Assembly (NCBI GenBank): GCA_963978095.1
Contig: CAXBQP010000001.1
Span: 1-64,000, forward strand
Length of the DNA: 64,000 nt
From: an uncultured bacterium
GTDB taxonomy: Bacteria; Gemmatimonadota; Gemmatimonadetes; Gemmatimonadales; Gemmatimonadaceae
Reading direction: 5' to 3'
Shown here: positions 26,565-37,881 of the stretch, piece by piece
Position numbering within the stretch: position 1 is the stretch's first letter
Layout of the letters: every line of letters begins with the position of its first letter
Position numbers and translations under genes: made by a program
The notes under the pieces: generated by a model
The model's input: the letters and a program-made list of their open reading frames with translations, nothing else
The model's database searches: none
What the model was told of the DNA's origin: nothing

Positions 26565-27944
26565 ATGAGCATTGCCCATACGGACCCCGCCACGGGCGTC
26601 GTCGTGCGCGTCTTCGACCCGCATGACGACGCCGCGATCGAACACGCGCTCGCCCAGTGCGCATCGGCCGCGGCCCGCTGGCGCCAGTCCACCGCCACCG
26701 AGCGATCGGCACTGCTGATCCGCATCGCCGATCGCCTGGACGCCGAACGCGACGCGCTCGCCGCACTGGCCACGCGCGAAATGGGAAAGACGCTCCAGTC
26801 CGCGCGCGACGAAGTCGCCAAGTGCTCCGCCTGCTGCCGACACTTCGCCACTCACGCCGCCGCCCGGCTTGCACCGCAGTTGCTGACCATCGACGGCGCC
26901 ACCGCCACGCTCCGGCATGAACCCATCGGCGTCGTGCTGGCCGTCATGCCGTGGAACTTCCCGTACTGGCAGTTCTTCCGGGCCGCCGCGCCGGCGATCG
27001 CCGCCGGCAACGCGATGCTCCTCAAGCATGCGTCGAACGTTCCACAGTGCGCGCTGGCCATCGAGCGGATCGTACGTGAGGCCGGTGCCCTCGCCGGTGC
27101 CCCGGAAGGCATGGTGCGAACCCTGCTCGTGGGCGCGGCGCGGGTCGCGGCGCTGATCGCCGACGCGCGCATCGCCGCAGTCACGCTCACGGGCAGCGAG
27201 GCGGCGGGACGAGACGTCGCCGCGCACGCGGGGCGCGCGATCAAGAAGACCGTCCTTGAACTCGGAGGGAGCGACCCGTTCATCGTCCTCGCCTCCGCGG
27301 ACCCGATCGACGCCGCTCGTGCCGCCGTGCGCGGTCGCATGATCAACACGGGGCAATCGTGCATCGCGTCCAAGCGATTCATCATCGACGAGCGCGTGGC
27401 GGACGCCTTCGAAGCCGCGCTCGTCGCGCAGGTCGGCGCGCTCCGCGTCGGTGACCCGATGGACGCCGAGACGGATATCGGCCCGCTCGCCACGGCGCAG
27501 ATCCGCGATGAACTCGCGGATCAAGTCCGCCGTTCCGTGTCGGCGGGCGCACGCGTCGCGGTCGGCGGCGCCGCGCTCGAACGCCCGGGCTTCTATTATG
27601 CGCCCACGGTCTTGCTCGACGTGCCGCGCACCGCCGCGGCGGCGCTCGAAGAAACGTTCGGCCCTGTCGCACCGGTCTTCCGCGCCCGCGACACCGCCGA
27701 TGCCCTGGCCTTCGCCAATGATACCCCCTTCGGTCTTGGCGCCAGCGTCTGGACCCGCGATGCCGTGGAAGCGGAGCATGCGGTGGCCTCCCTCGAATGC
27801 GGGATGGTGTTCGTCAATGCGACCGTCGCGAGTGATCCCCGGTTCCCGTTCGGTGGCGTCAAAGCGTCAGGCTACGGCCGCGAGGTGGGCGACGCGGGAC
27901 TCCTCGAGTTCGTGAACCTCAAGACGGTCCGCGGGAGCCTCTGA
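26565..27944 (+). CDS. NAD(P)-dependent succinate-semialdehyde dehydrogenase (Sad/GabD-like)
   Basis: VMPWNFPYWQ, LKHASNVP, LTGSEAAG, LELGGSDP, GQSCIASKR, EETFGPV, SGYGRE. Confidence 0.9.
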   Translation: MSIAHTDPATGVVVRVFDPHDDAAIEHALAQCASAAARWRQSTATERSALLIRIADRLDAERDALAALATREMGKTLQSARDEVAKCSACCRHFATHAAARLAPQLLTIDGATATLRHEPIGVVLAVMPWNFPYWQFFRAAAPAIAAGNAMLLKHASNVPQCALAIERIVREAGALAGAPEGMVRTLLVGAARVAALIADARIAAVTLTGSEAAGRDVAAHAGRAIKKTVLELGGSDPFIVLASADPIDAARAAVRGRMINTGQSCIASKRFIIDERVADAFEAALVAQVGALRVGDPMDAETDIGPLATAQIRDELADQVRRSVSAGARVAVGGAALERPGFYYAPTVLLDVPRTAAAALEETFGPVAPVFRARDTADALAFANDTPFGLGASVWTRDAVEAEHAVASLECGMVFVNATVASDPRFPFGGVKASGYGREVGDAGLLEFVNLKTVRGSL

Positions 27945-27976
27945 CCCCGAGCGACACCGTCGGCCGTTGGCGTTGC

Positions 27977-29734
27977 TCAACGCTTGCTGCGTGAGCGCTC
28001 GAAGAACCGCTCGACGCGACTCCGCAGCCAGCCCTGGATCCCGTCGTGATCGGCCAACACCTCGCGTACTGCCTCGCGCCACGCCTCCTGCATTTCCGCC
28101 GCATCGGTGAACCGTTGGTCGGGATCCGCCTCCAGTCCGCGACGCAGCCACGCCGCGACCGGTGGCGCGAAGTCGTCCAGCGTGACACGCCCCGCCAGCT
28201 GCATCGCGAGCAACGCTCGCGAATCGTCGGCCTGATACGGCGGCTCACCCTTCAGCACGAAGTACACGATGGCCGCCATCGAGAACAAATCGGCGGAATC
28301 CCCTTGCGGCTCTCCCAGCAACTGTTCGGGTGGGGCGAACGTCGGTGTGCCGCTCGAGCCGGCGATCTCTTCGCCCATCGCGTTCGCGATCCCGAAGTCG
28401 GCGATCCGCCAGCGGTGATAGCGGTCGATCAGCAAGTTCTCCGGCTTCAGGTCGCGATGGATGATGCCGGCATCGTGCGCCACTTTGAGACCGTCGAGAC
28501 AGCCGTCGACCTCCTCGGCGATCTGCTCCAGCGGCTGCGGCCCGGACCGCCGCACCAGATCCGCCACGGAGCCTTCCTCCTCGAGCTCCATGATGTACCA
28601 GTGCACCCCGGCCTTGGAATCCCAATCGTAGATCGGGACGATCGACGGGTGTTGCAGCCGCGCCGCCATCTGCGCCTCGCGCCGGAAACGTGCAACCGCC
28701 TCGTCGCTCTTCGCGACCGAGGGATGCAACATCTTCAGTGCGACTTCACGTTGCAAGGTCAGGTCACGGACGCGCCACACGGATCCGAACATCCCCGCCC
28801 CGAGTGACGCGAGCACCTCGAAGTCGTCGCCCGTCGCCCACCGGAGGCGGGCCTCCTCGCTGATCGCCTGGTACTCCCCGGATGCCATCTCCACCCCCAA
28901 CCCCGAGGTGCCGGACGCCGAGATCTTGTCCAGCGCCCGCAACAGCGAGGTGACCGAGTGGAATCGATCCGACGGACTCGACGCCAGCGCCCGATCCAGC
29001 AACTCGGCGACGTTCGACGGGCAATCCGGACGCACCAGACGGATCGGTGGAATCTCGGAGCGCGGCGGCAGTTCTCCGGTGAGCATCAGGAAACAGGTGG
29101 CCGCCAACTGCCATTGATCGGACAACTGCGTGGGGGCCCAGACACCGTCCTCCCACTCGGGAGCCATCGGCGTGAAGGCTGGGTCCGGTTGCAGTCCCGC
29201 GGGAATCGCCGTGGCCGGCAACGCCCACTGCCATCCCAACACCCAGACGCGCCCCGCGGGGGTCACGTAGGCCGTGTCGGGTGATACCGCGCCGTGGTGG
29301 TCGCCCGCATCGTGCAGATACGCCACCGCGGACCCGACCGCGCGCAGAATGCGCAACACATCGGGGATCGGTTCGGCGCCCAAGCGACGCACGCGTGCCC
29401 CCACGGTCTCGCCGGCGATCCAGCGACGCAAGAATCCCGGCCCTCGTCGACTGTCGGGGGTGTGCGTCCAGAAGTGGTAGGTCGTGGGAATCGCCGGATG
29501 ATTCCGATGCGCGAGCTCGCGTGCTTCCTGGAACAACCACGCCGCGTGCGCCGGATCCGGCGCGGTGACCAGCGCCAGCGAACGGCCGAGCGCATCCATG
29601 ATCTCCTGTGCATGCCGATGCCCGGTGTACAAGCCGTTCGCGACCCATTTCCACCCGGGCGGCAACTGCCACGACGCCAGGTGCGGCGGGATCTCCGTCG
29701 TCCGGATCGAAGGTTGCGGCAAGAGGTCTCGCAT
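27977..29734 (-). CDS. Ser/Thr protein kinase with N-terminal pseudokinase domain
   Basis: C-terminal domain: GAGMFG, VALK, HRDLKPEN, DFG, APPE. N-terminal domain: HPAIP, HHGAVSPD, APE, SDQWQL, RPDCP. Confidence 0.9.
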   Translation of the reverse strand: MRDLLPQPSIRTTEIPPHLASWQLPPGWKWVANGLYTGHRHAQEIMDALGRSLALVTAPDPAHAAWLFQEARELAHRNHPAIPTTYHFWTHTPDSRRGPGFLRRWIAGETVGARVRRLGAEPIPDVLRILRAVGSAVAYLHDAGDHHGAVSPDTAYVTPAGRVWVLGWQWALPATAIPAGLQPDPAFTPMAPEWEDGVWAPTQLSDQWQLAATCFLMLTGELPPRSEIPPIRLVRPDCPSNVAELLDRALASSPSDRFHSVTSLLRALDKISASGTSGLGVEMASGEYQAISEEARLRWATGDDFEVLASLGAGMFGSVWRVRDLTLQREVALKMLHPSVAKSDEAVARFRREAQMAARLQHPSIVPIYDWDSKAGVHWYIMELEEEGSVADLVRRSGPQPLEQIAEEVDGCLDGLKVAHDAGIIHRDLKPENLLIDRYHRWRIADFGIANAMGEEIAGSSGTPTFAPPEQLLGEPQGDSADLFSMAAIVYFVLKGEPPYQADDSRALLAMQLAGRVTLDDFAPPVAAWLRRGLEADPDQRFTDAAEMQEAWREAVREVLADHDGIQGWLRSRVERFFERSRSKR

Positions 29735-29748
29735 CGCTCGGAAAGTTG

Positions 29749-32700
29749 TCAGGAGGCGCGGGCAAGAGCCAGTGCGATCCGCACCTGCGTCCCCTGCTGA
29801 CCGGGCGCCGTGCTGCTGGCCACCAGGATGCTGCCCCCCCACCCTTCGATGATGCGGCGACTGATGGCAAGCCCAAGTCCGCTGCCGCTGGTGCGCGTCG
29901 AGAAGTGCGGCTCGAAGATGCGTGGGAGTGCGGCGTCGGGAATGCCGTGTCCGTCGTCGGCGACGGTGATCATGACCTGATCCCCCGCGACCGCCACGGT
30001 GGTCGTCACCGTCCGCGCATCCGCAAGACGCGCATTCTCCAGCACGTTCAGCAGCACCTCGCGAAGTTCACCCGCACGCGCCATCGCAAGACGTGGCGCG
30101 TCCGTGCCCATGATCTCCCACCGGACGCCATCGGCCCCCATGCGCTCCAGCTCGACCACATCGTGCACCACTCGCGCGGTATCGACGGGCTCCGCCGGCA
30201 ACCGCTCCGTGGGAACCGTGCCATACTTGCTGAAGGCGCGCGCCACTTCGTCGAGCCGGTCGATCTCGCCCAGCATGCGCGTCACGTTCTCGTCCAACAC
30301 GGTGTCGAAGTCCACCCGCGGATCCTGCCGCGCGCGCCGCAGATGCTGCATGCCGAGCCGCATCGGCGTGAGGGGGTTCTTGATCTCGTGCGCTACTTGG
30401 CGCGCCATCTCGCCCCACGCCAGGACGCGCTGGGCGCGTGCCTCCTGCTCTCGGCTTGCTTCGAGGTCGTGCGCCATCTGGCGGAATGCCGTGAACACCG
30501 GCTGGAATTCGACGGGTGGGTCCGCCTGCAACCGCGGCTCCCGTTCCCCCGCGGCGAGCGCGAGCGCGCCGCGCTGCAAGGTGCCGATCGGCAGCGAGAG
30601 CTGGCGCGCCGCGAATCCCGAGAGCACGAGGGCCCCGAGCCCGCCGAGTGCGGTGGCGAAGAGCACGAAGATGCCCAGGTCGCGACTGCGGCGGTCGAGC
30701 GCGAGATCGTCGGTCCGCGCCGGCGCCGCAAGGACCACCTGCGCAACGCCGGCGTCGGAACTCCGATAGCCGAAGTGCATCGGCGAACGCCCGACCATCT
30801 CCTCGCTGCCCGCCGTGATATCGTCGCGCAGCAGGAGGCTCCGCGCGGCGGCGGCCGGCAACAACCGGCCGACCGGCGACAGGGCTTCGAGAATCGGATC
30901 ACTCGCTCCCACCATGACGCCGTTCGCGAACAGGAGCAGCGGGGTTTCGAAGCGATCCGCGACGTCGCTCAGGCGGAGACTGTCCGTCGTGACCGCCACC
31001 CCGCGCAGCAGTTCGCGCACGAGCAGATCGCGTGCCTGCTGTTCGTCGCTCTGGAGGCGGCCATAACTCCATGCCGCGAACGCGCCCGCCGGCATCACGA
31101 AGAAGGCGAACAGCGCGAAGGTCAGCTGGGCGCGATACGACCGCAACCACCGGCGCCGCTGCCAGCGGAACCAGCGGAAGAAGGCGCCATCCGCGACGAC
31201 CAGCAACGACCAGAGGACACCGAAGAGCAGCAGATCGAACAGCACGATCAGGGCGCCGCGCGGTGCCAAGGCCTCGTACCCCCGGAGCTCGACGGTGGCA
31301 TGCACGCGCGACACGCGCGCGCCGTTCGGCTCGGGGAGGAAGAAGTCGCCGTGGAGCTCATCCTGCAACCGCTCCCAACCGGCGGTCATCGACACGCGCT
31401 TCTCGTCGTGGCGCAGCGTGTACGGCGGCTCGGCGAGCGGTGGCGGGGCCATGCCGATCAGCGCACCGAACGGATCGCGCGACATCAATCGGGTGCGCGG
31501 CGCCACGACGACGGTCGTCACCGACCGATCAGCGTGCGGCACCGAGAGCACCACGTAAATGCCCGGAATGCCCGCGACGGTGCGGATCGTCGGTTGCCGG
31601 TCGCCCGCCGCCGCGCGCGCCAGCAGCTCGAGTCCGCTGGGGATGCCGGGCCCGACATTCACGCGCAGATCCGCCGTCATGTGGCCGGCGCCGTCCCAAC
31701 TCGACAGCTCGACCGGGAAATCGGCGCTCGCGAGATCCGAGGCCGCGTAATCCGAGAGGAGCTCCAACCGGCTGCGCGGCGCCCGCTCGGGGTTCAGCTG
31801 CGCCGTGAATCGCTGGAGATACGCGGCCGCCTCCACATCAGCCGACCGCAACCCTTGGACGTCGCGCTCGGCCATCTGCACGCGCGCGCGCACCACTTGG
31901 CCCCAGGTCAGGGCGGTGGCGCCGCTCGCCGCGACGATCGCCGTCGCCAGAACCGCCCCGCGCCCGGCGCGCGCGAAGGCCAATGCCACGATGGCCGCGA
32001 CCCAGAGTGCCGGATAGTACGCGGGATACGCCCCGGGCGCACGGATCAGCGCTGGTGCGAGCAGCGCCGACACGGCGGCGATGACGGGCGCGATCCACAC
32101 CGGAAGTCCGAGGACGCCGCGTAACGCCGCGCGTCCGGCACCGACGCCAGCCAGCAGCACCGTCACCGCCGCCAGGAACATCGTGAGTTGCCACGCGAGC
32201 CACAGTCCGGCGGTGACCCCGCCGGTCGGCACCTGCACGCCGCGTGCGAGGTCACCCAGGACGATCGGTCCTGCGCCCGCGATCACGAGCACGCCCACGA
32301 CCGCAAGGGCGCGATTCCCGATGCGCCAGCGTTGGCGCAGTGCCGTCATCAGCGCCATCAGCACAAGGGCGCACGAGATCGCGAGTGCCCCGATGCTCCC
32401 GGTGAACGCCCCCCCTTTCGCCACATAATAGAACGCCGGATTGAACATCGGCGTGACATTCGAGAAGCTCGACAACGGAACGATCGCCACCGCCGTGAGC
32501 GCGACCCCGATCCCCATCAGCCGCGACGCCACTCCGCCGCCCCGCCAGGTCGCCGCGAGCAGCAAGAGCAGACAGGACGCCAGTACGAGCCCGGCGTACC
32601 ACCGCCCCCGCTCGAGATTGCGGGCGCCGATCATTTCCGGTGGCGGCGCCACGCTCCGGAAGCCGAGGATCGGAAGCCCCGCGTGCGAGACGATCGTGAG

Positions 32701-33402
32701 GGAATCGCGCACCGCCGACGACACATCCTCGTAGACGAAGCCCGCCACCCCACTCTCCGCGACGACCGCGCGATCCAGCGGGGTCACCAGGTTGTCCGCC
32801 GGGGGTTCGGCATGAATGATCGCCTCGGCGATGGCGCGATCCGCGCCGCGCCCGGCGATGGCATAGAGGGTCAAATAGAATGGAGTGCCGATGGCACCCA
32901 CCGGCCCCGCCAGCGAATCGACCGGCGCCACGATGCGTCCCGACCACGCGAACGGGACGCCGCCGCGGACGAGCGTGATGGCGCGATGCCCCCGACCGCG
33001 CCGGAGGGCCTCGACTCGCGCGAAGGCGGCGACCGGTTCGCTCGGGAGGTCCAAGGCGGCGTTCGCCGCTTGTTGCAAGGCCGCCGCTTCCGCTTCCAGC
33101 ACGCGCGCGAGCGCCGCCGCCCCCCGCCGTTCGACCGCCGCCGCCGACGCCCGTGGCGTGGCTGCATCGATGGCGCGCTGTCGTTCGGCACGCCCCGCTA
33201 GCACCAGCAGGACGCAGCCCATCGCGAGGAAGGCCACGCGTGGCCAGACGCGGAACGCGGGCCACGTGGCCGTCGCACACCACACGAGGCCCACGGCCAG
33301 CGCCAACACCGCCACCACCGACGGCGACCGCAACCAGACTGCGCCGGCGAGAACGGTGGCGGTGGCACTCAGGGCCCACCAGGGTCGGAAATGGCCTCTC
33401 AC
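29749..33402 (-). CDS. large multi-TM sensor histidine kinase (NtrY-like HAMP-HisKA-HATPase)
   Basis: H box MARQVAHEIKNPLTP, N box NVLENA, DDGHGI, FEPHFSTR, GSGLGL; many TM helices. Confidence 0.92.
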   Translation of the reverse strand: MRGHFRPWWALSATATVLAGAVWLRSPSVVAVLALAVGLVWCATATWPAFRVWPRVAFLAMGCVLLVLAGRAERQRAIDAATPRASAAAVERRGAAALARVLEAEAAALQQAANAALDLPSEPVAAFARVEALRRGRGHRAITLVRGGVPFAWSGRIVAPVDSLAGPVGAIGTPFYLTLYAIAGRGADRAIAEAIIHAEPPADNLVTPLDRAVVAESGVAGFVYEDVSSAVRDSLTIVSHAGLPILGFRSVAPPPEMIGARNLERGRWYAGLVLASCLLLLLAATWRGGGVASRLMGIGVALTAVAIVPLSSFSNVTPMFNPAFYYVAKGGAFTGSIGALAISCALVLMALMTALRQRWRIGNRALAVVGVLVIAGAGPIVLGDLARGVQVPTGGVTAGLWLAWQLTMFLAAVTVLLAGVGAGRAALRGVLGLPVWIAPVIAAVSALLAPALIRAPGAYPAYYPALWVAAIVALAFARAGRGAVLATAIVAASGATALTWGQVVRARVQMAERDVQGLRSADVEAAAYLQRFTAQLNPERAPRSRLELLSDYAASDLASADFPVELSSWDGAGHMTADLRVNVGPGIPSGLELLARAAAGDRQPTIRTVAGIPGIYVVLSVPHADRSVTTVVVAPRTRLMSRDPFGALIGMAPPPLAEPPYTLRHDEKRVSMTAGWERLQDELHGDFFLPEPNGARVSRVHATVELRGYEALAPRGALIVLFDLLLFGVLWSLLVVADGAFFRWFRWQRRRWLRSYRAQLTFALFAFFVMPAGAFAAWSYGRLQSDEQQARDLLVRELLRGVAVTTDSLRLSDVADRFETPLLLFANGVMVGASDPILEALSPVGRLLPAAAARSLLLRDDITAGSEEMVGRSPMHFGYRSSDAGVAQVVLAAPARTDDLALDRRSRDLGIFVLFATALGGLGALVLSGFAARQLSLPIGTLQRGALALAAGEREPRLQADPPVEFQPVFTAFRQMAHDLEASREQEARAQRVLAWGEMARQVAHEIKNPLTPMRLGMQHLRRARQDPRVDFDTVLDENVTRMLGEIDRLDEVARAFSKYGTVPTERLPAEPVDTARVVHDVVELERMGADGVRWEIMGTDAPRLAMARAGELREVLLNVLENARLADARTVTTTVAVAGDQVMITVADDGHGIPDAALPRIFEPHFSTRTSGSGLGLAISRRIIEGWGGSILVASSTAPGQQGTQVRIALALARAS

Positions 33403-33471
33403 GCTTGGATAATACCATGCCTACCGACGAAACGCTCCATTTTCCGGGCCGAGGGTCGTTATCTTTCGTGG

Positions 33472-34158
33472 ATGCCTTGGAAAACGGCCCTCACCGTCCT
33501 CGCCCTGTGTACCACCGCCCTGCCAGCGGTCGCCCGGGCGCAGGTGACATCGTTGGACGAGGGCAGTTTCTCCCTGAGTCGGAGCGGCGAAGTGACCGGA
33601 CACGAAAATTTTTCCATCCGTTCCGCTCCTGGAGCCCGGGACCGGATGATCGTCGCCCGCGCCACTGTCCTCGCCGGCCCGCGGCGCGTGGACCCGATCC
33701 TCAGTGCCGACACCTCCGGATTCCCCGTGGCGTACCAGTCGCAGGTCAAGGTGGACGGGCGCGAGATCCAGCGGTATGCCGGCGTCACGACCGGCACCCG
33801 CTACGCCTCGCGCGCCCAACTCCCGGACGGCGAGTCCTCCCGCGAGTTTCGGCTCCTCCCCGGCACCGTGACCGCCGATGATGAGATCGTCCATCACCTG
33901 TGGTTCATTGCGCGGCGCGGCGTCGGGGCGGTGGTCCCCGTGCTCGTGCCGAACCGCAACGTGGTCGAGCAGGTCCGCGTAGAGGGGGTGGCGCAGGAAC
34001 GCCTCAAGATCGACACGCGGGACCTGGAAGTGACCCATCTGCGTTTGGTGACCGTGGGAACCAACGTCACCAGGGACGTGTGGCTCGACGGCGATGGTCG
34101 GCTCGTGAAAGCGCGGATCCCTGCCCTCCGACTGGACGCCGTTCGTGATGACCGCTAG
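33472..34158 (+). CDS. hypothetical secreted beta-rich protein
   Basis: Signal peptide ending ARA-Q; RDVWLDGDGRLVK; start follows TATCTT-N6. Confidence 0.75.
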   Translation: MPWKTALTVLALCTTALPAVARAQVTSLDEGSFSLSRSGEVTGHENFSIRSAPGARDRMIVARATVLAGPRRVDPILSADTSGFPVAYQSQVKVDGREIQRYAGVTTGTRYASRAQLPDGESSREFRLLPGTVTADDEIVHHLWFIARRGVGAVVPVLVPNRNVVEQVRVEGVAQERLKIDTRDLEVTHLRLVTVGTNVTRDVWLDGDGRLVKARIPALRLDAVRDDR

Positions 34159-34163
34159 CCCGC

Positions 34164-34190
34164 TGAAACCCTCCCGCGTGTCCTGCCGTA
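34164..34190 (+). promoter_or_regulatory. putative ECF sigma promoter (SigW-like)
   Basis: TGAAAC-N17-CGTA upstream of the TolC-MFP-ABC operon. Confidence 0.5.
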
Positions 34191-34228
34191 GGGTCTCGAG
34201 TCCCCATTCTCGCAAGGAACCGTTCCTG

Positions 34229-35698
34229 ATGCCAACGCTGCGCTCCGCGCTGCTGCTGTTGATGACCGTCGCGCCGGTGGCCGTGCACGCCCAAGGCACG
34301 GCCACCACGCTGTCGCTCGATGAGGCCATCAGCCTCGCCAAGCGGAACAATCCCAGCTACCTGCAACTCCTGAACTCCCGCACGCGGGCGGACGCGAACC
34401 TGCGCGCCGCCTACGGCAGCCTCCTGCCGTCCGCCAGCACCAACATCGGCACCGGGTTCCGCCAGGGAAAGCAGGAGATCGTGAGTGGCGTGGCCTTCGG
34501 GTCGACTTCCGACATCCTCACGTCGAGTTGGGGGCTGAACGTCAGCTACAACTTCAGCGCGCGCACGCTGACCAATCTCCGTTCCGCGCGCGCCGCGATC
34601 GAGGCCGCCGATGCCGACATCGCGAACGCCGACCAGCAGCTGCGCTCCGTCGTCGTGCAGGAGTATGTCGCCGTGCTGCAGCGTCAGGCGCAAGCCGCGC
34701 TGCAGGACACGCTCGTCGCCTTCAACCAGTTGCAGCTGGACCTCGCCAAGGCCAAGGCCGGGGTCGGCACGGCGACATCGCTCGATGTGATCCGGGCCGA
34801 GGTCGCGCTCGGCACGCAGCAGGTCGCGGCACTGCGTGCGCACAACGACGAAACCGTGGAACGGCTCCGGCTGTATCAGCAGTTGGGCGTCCCCGCGGTC
34901 GCCGATGTCCGCCTGAACTCCACCCTCACCATCACCGAGCCCAGTGCCGATCTCGCCCAGCTGATCGGCATGGCCCAAAAGACGAATGCCTCGCTGTTGT
35001 CGCTCCGCCAGCGCCAGGTGGTGGCCGACCAGAGCGTCCGCGCCGCGCAGGGGGGCTACCTCCCGACCGTCTTCGCCTCGGCCGGCATCGGTGGATCGCA
35101 GCAGAAGTACACCGATGTGAACTATCTGCTGAATCAGGGCACGGCGCAGGCGGCATCGGCCAAGGCGTCGTGCTTCGTCCAGGATTCGCTGCGTCGCGGG
35201 GCCGGGATGCCCGGCATCAGCACCTGCGGCGCCATCAGCTTCTCGACCGCGCAAGCCGACGCCGTCCGCGCCAGCAACAGCCAGTGGCCGTTCAACTTCA
35301 ACTCGAACCCGCTGACGCTGTCGGTGGGCGTGTCGCTCAACCTGTTCGACGGCTTCAACCGTGAGCGGACGCTGCAAGCTGCGGCCGCCGACCAGTCCGA
35401 CGCCCGGTACAACGTCCGCGCTCAGGAACTCAAACTGACCGCGGATGTGTCGCAGACCTTCACCACGCTGAGCGCCGACTTCCGGGTCCTGAAACTGCAG
35501 GAGCAGAACTCCGCGGCCGCGCGGCAGGCGTTGCAGTTGGCGCAGGAGCGCTATCGCGTCGGACTGAACAGCCTGGTGGATCTGCAGCAGGCCCGCGCCG
35601 ATTACGATCGTGCGGAAACGGATCGCATCAACTCGATCTTCGAATACCACCGCGCGTTCGCGGCGCTCGAAAGCGCTGTCGGCCGCCCTCTTCGCTAA
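34229..35698 (+). CDS. TolC family outer-membrane efflux protein
   Basis: Signal peptide, LSLDEAISLA, LLPS, YLPTV, NLFDGF, ERYRVGL..LVDL. Confidence 0.92.
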   Translation: MPTLRSALLLLMTVAPVAVHAQGTATTLSLDEAISLAKRNNPSYLQLLNSRTRADANLRAAYGSLLPSASTNIGTGFRQGKQEIVSGVAFGSTSDILTSSWGLNVSYNFSARTLTNLRSARAAIEAADADIANADQQLRSVVVQEYVAVLQRQAQAALQDTLVAFNQLQLDLAKAKAGVGTATSLDVIRAEVALGTQQVAALRAHNDETVERLRLYQQLGVPAVADVRLNSTLTITEPSADLAQLIGMAQKTNASLLSLRQRQVVADQSVRAAQGGYLPTVFASAGIGGSQQKYTDVNYLLNQGTAQAASAKASCFVQDSLRRGAGMPGISTCGAISFSTAQADAVRASNSQWPFNFNSNPLTLSVGVSLNLFDGFNRERTLQAAAADQSDARYNVRAQELKLTADVSQTFTTLSADFRVLKLQEQNSAAARQALQLAQERYRVGLNSLVDLQQARADYDRAETDRINSIFEYHRAFAALESAVGRPLR

Positions 35699-35709
35699 CG
35701 GGACCCGTC

Positions 35710-36989
35710 ATGACCAAGACCACCAAATACCTCATCGCCGGCGTCGTCGTCCTGGCGGTCGGGGGCGTCGCCTACGGCGCCTCCCAGAAGAACAAGAACA
35801 AACCGACCGAGGTCCGCATCGAAGCCGTCGAGCATCGGGATCTCGTGGCGTCCGTGACGGCCAGCGGCCAGGTCCGTCCGCACACCAAAGTCGACCTCTC
35901 GTCCGACATCACGGGCAAGATCGTCAAGCTCGAGGTCAAGGAAGGCGACTACGTGACCAAGGGGCAGTTCCTCCTGGAACTCGACGCCCAGCAGTATGAG
36001 GCCGCGGTGCAGCGTGCCGAAGCCGGACTCGCCAACGCCAAAGCCTCGGCCGCCCAGAGCAGCGCCAGTCTGACGCAGGCGCAGAGCAACTATCGTCGCC
36101 AGATGGAGATCCGCAAGAGCAATCCCAACCTCGTTTCCGAAGACCAGCTCGAACAGCTGAAAACGGCGGTCGAGGTCAACACCGCGCTCGCCGATGCCTC
36201 CAAGCACAACGTCGAGCAATCGGAAGCCGGCCTGAAGGACGCCAAGGTCGCGCTCGCCAAGACCAAGATCTACGCCCCGATGAGCGGCCGCGTGACGCGG
36301 CTCGTGGTCCAGAACGGCGAAACGGCCATCATGGGAACGCTCAACAAGGATGCGGCGACGTTGCTGACGATCAGCGACATGACGGTTCTCGAGACCAAGG
36401 TCAAGGTCGACGAGACCGACGTCAGCCGCATCGCCCTCGGCGATTCCGCCATCATCCAGCTCGACGCCTTCCCCGACACCACCTTCCTCGGCAAGGTGGT
36501 CGAGATCTCGAACAGCGCCGTGAAGGCCGCCTCCGCCGGCTCCACGGACCAGGCGATCGACTACGAAGTCACCATTCGGCTGCTCAATCCGCCCAAGGAC
36601 ACCAAGCCCGATTTCTCGGCAACGGCCAAGATCATCACCGACAGCCGCAAGCAGGTGCTGTCGATCCCGATCATCGCCCTGACGGTGCGCGAGAACGAGG
36701 CGCTGGCCAACAAGGACACCGCCGGGATGCCGAGCGCCAAAGCGGCGACCAAGCAGGTCGGCAAGAAGGATGTGGAAGGGGTATTCGTGGTCGGGCCGGA
36801 CAACAAAGTGACCTTCCGCCCCGTAAAGGTGGGTATCGCGGGAGAGAAGCACTTCGAGGTGCTTTCCGGCCTCAAGTTGGGGGACAAGATCGTCGGTGGC
36901 ACGTATCAGGCGATCCGCGAGTTAAAGGACGGCACCAGTGTGCGCGAAACGAAGCCCATGACCGACGCGAAGACGGAGAGCAAGAAGCC

Positions 36990-36993
<4 letters not shown>
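35710..36993 (+). CDS. efflux periplasmic adaptor subunit (MacA/YknX-like)
   Basis: N-terminal anchor, [41 protein letters not shown]. Confidence 0.93.
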
Positions 36994-37784
<791 letters not shown>

Positions 37785-37822
37785 GCACTCCCGCACCACC
37801 GCTGGCCCCCAGTGTCGTTCGG

Positions 37823-37858
37823 CGGGTGAGGTTCGGACCACGTGCCGACCCTCACCCG
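37823..37858. other. intergenic stem-loop inside the exporter operon
   Basis: CGGGTGAGGTTCGG...CCGACCCTCACCCG inverted repeat between the NBD gene and the first permease. Confidence 0.55.
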
Positions 37859-37881
37859 TTGCTCTCTCGCCCCCCGAGTGC

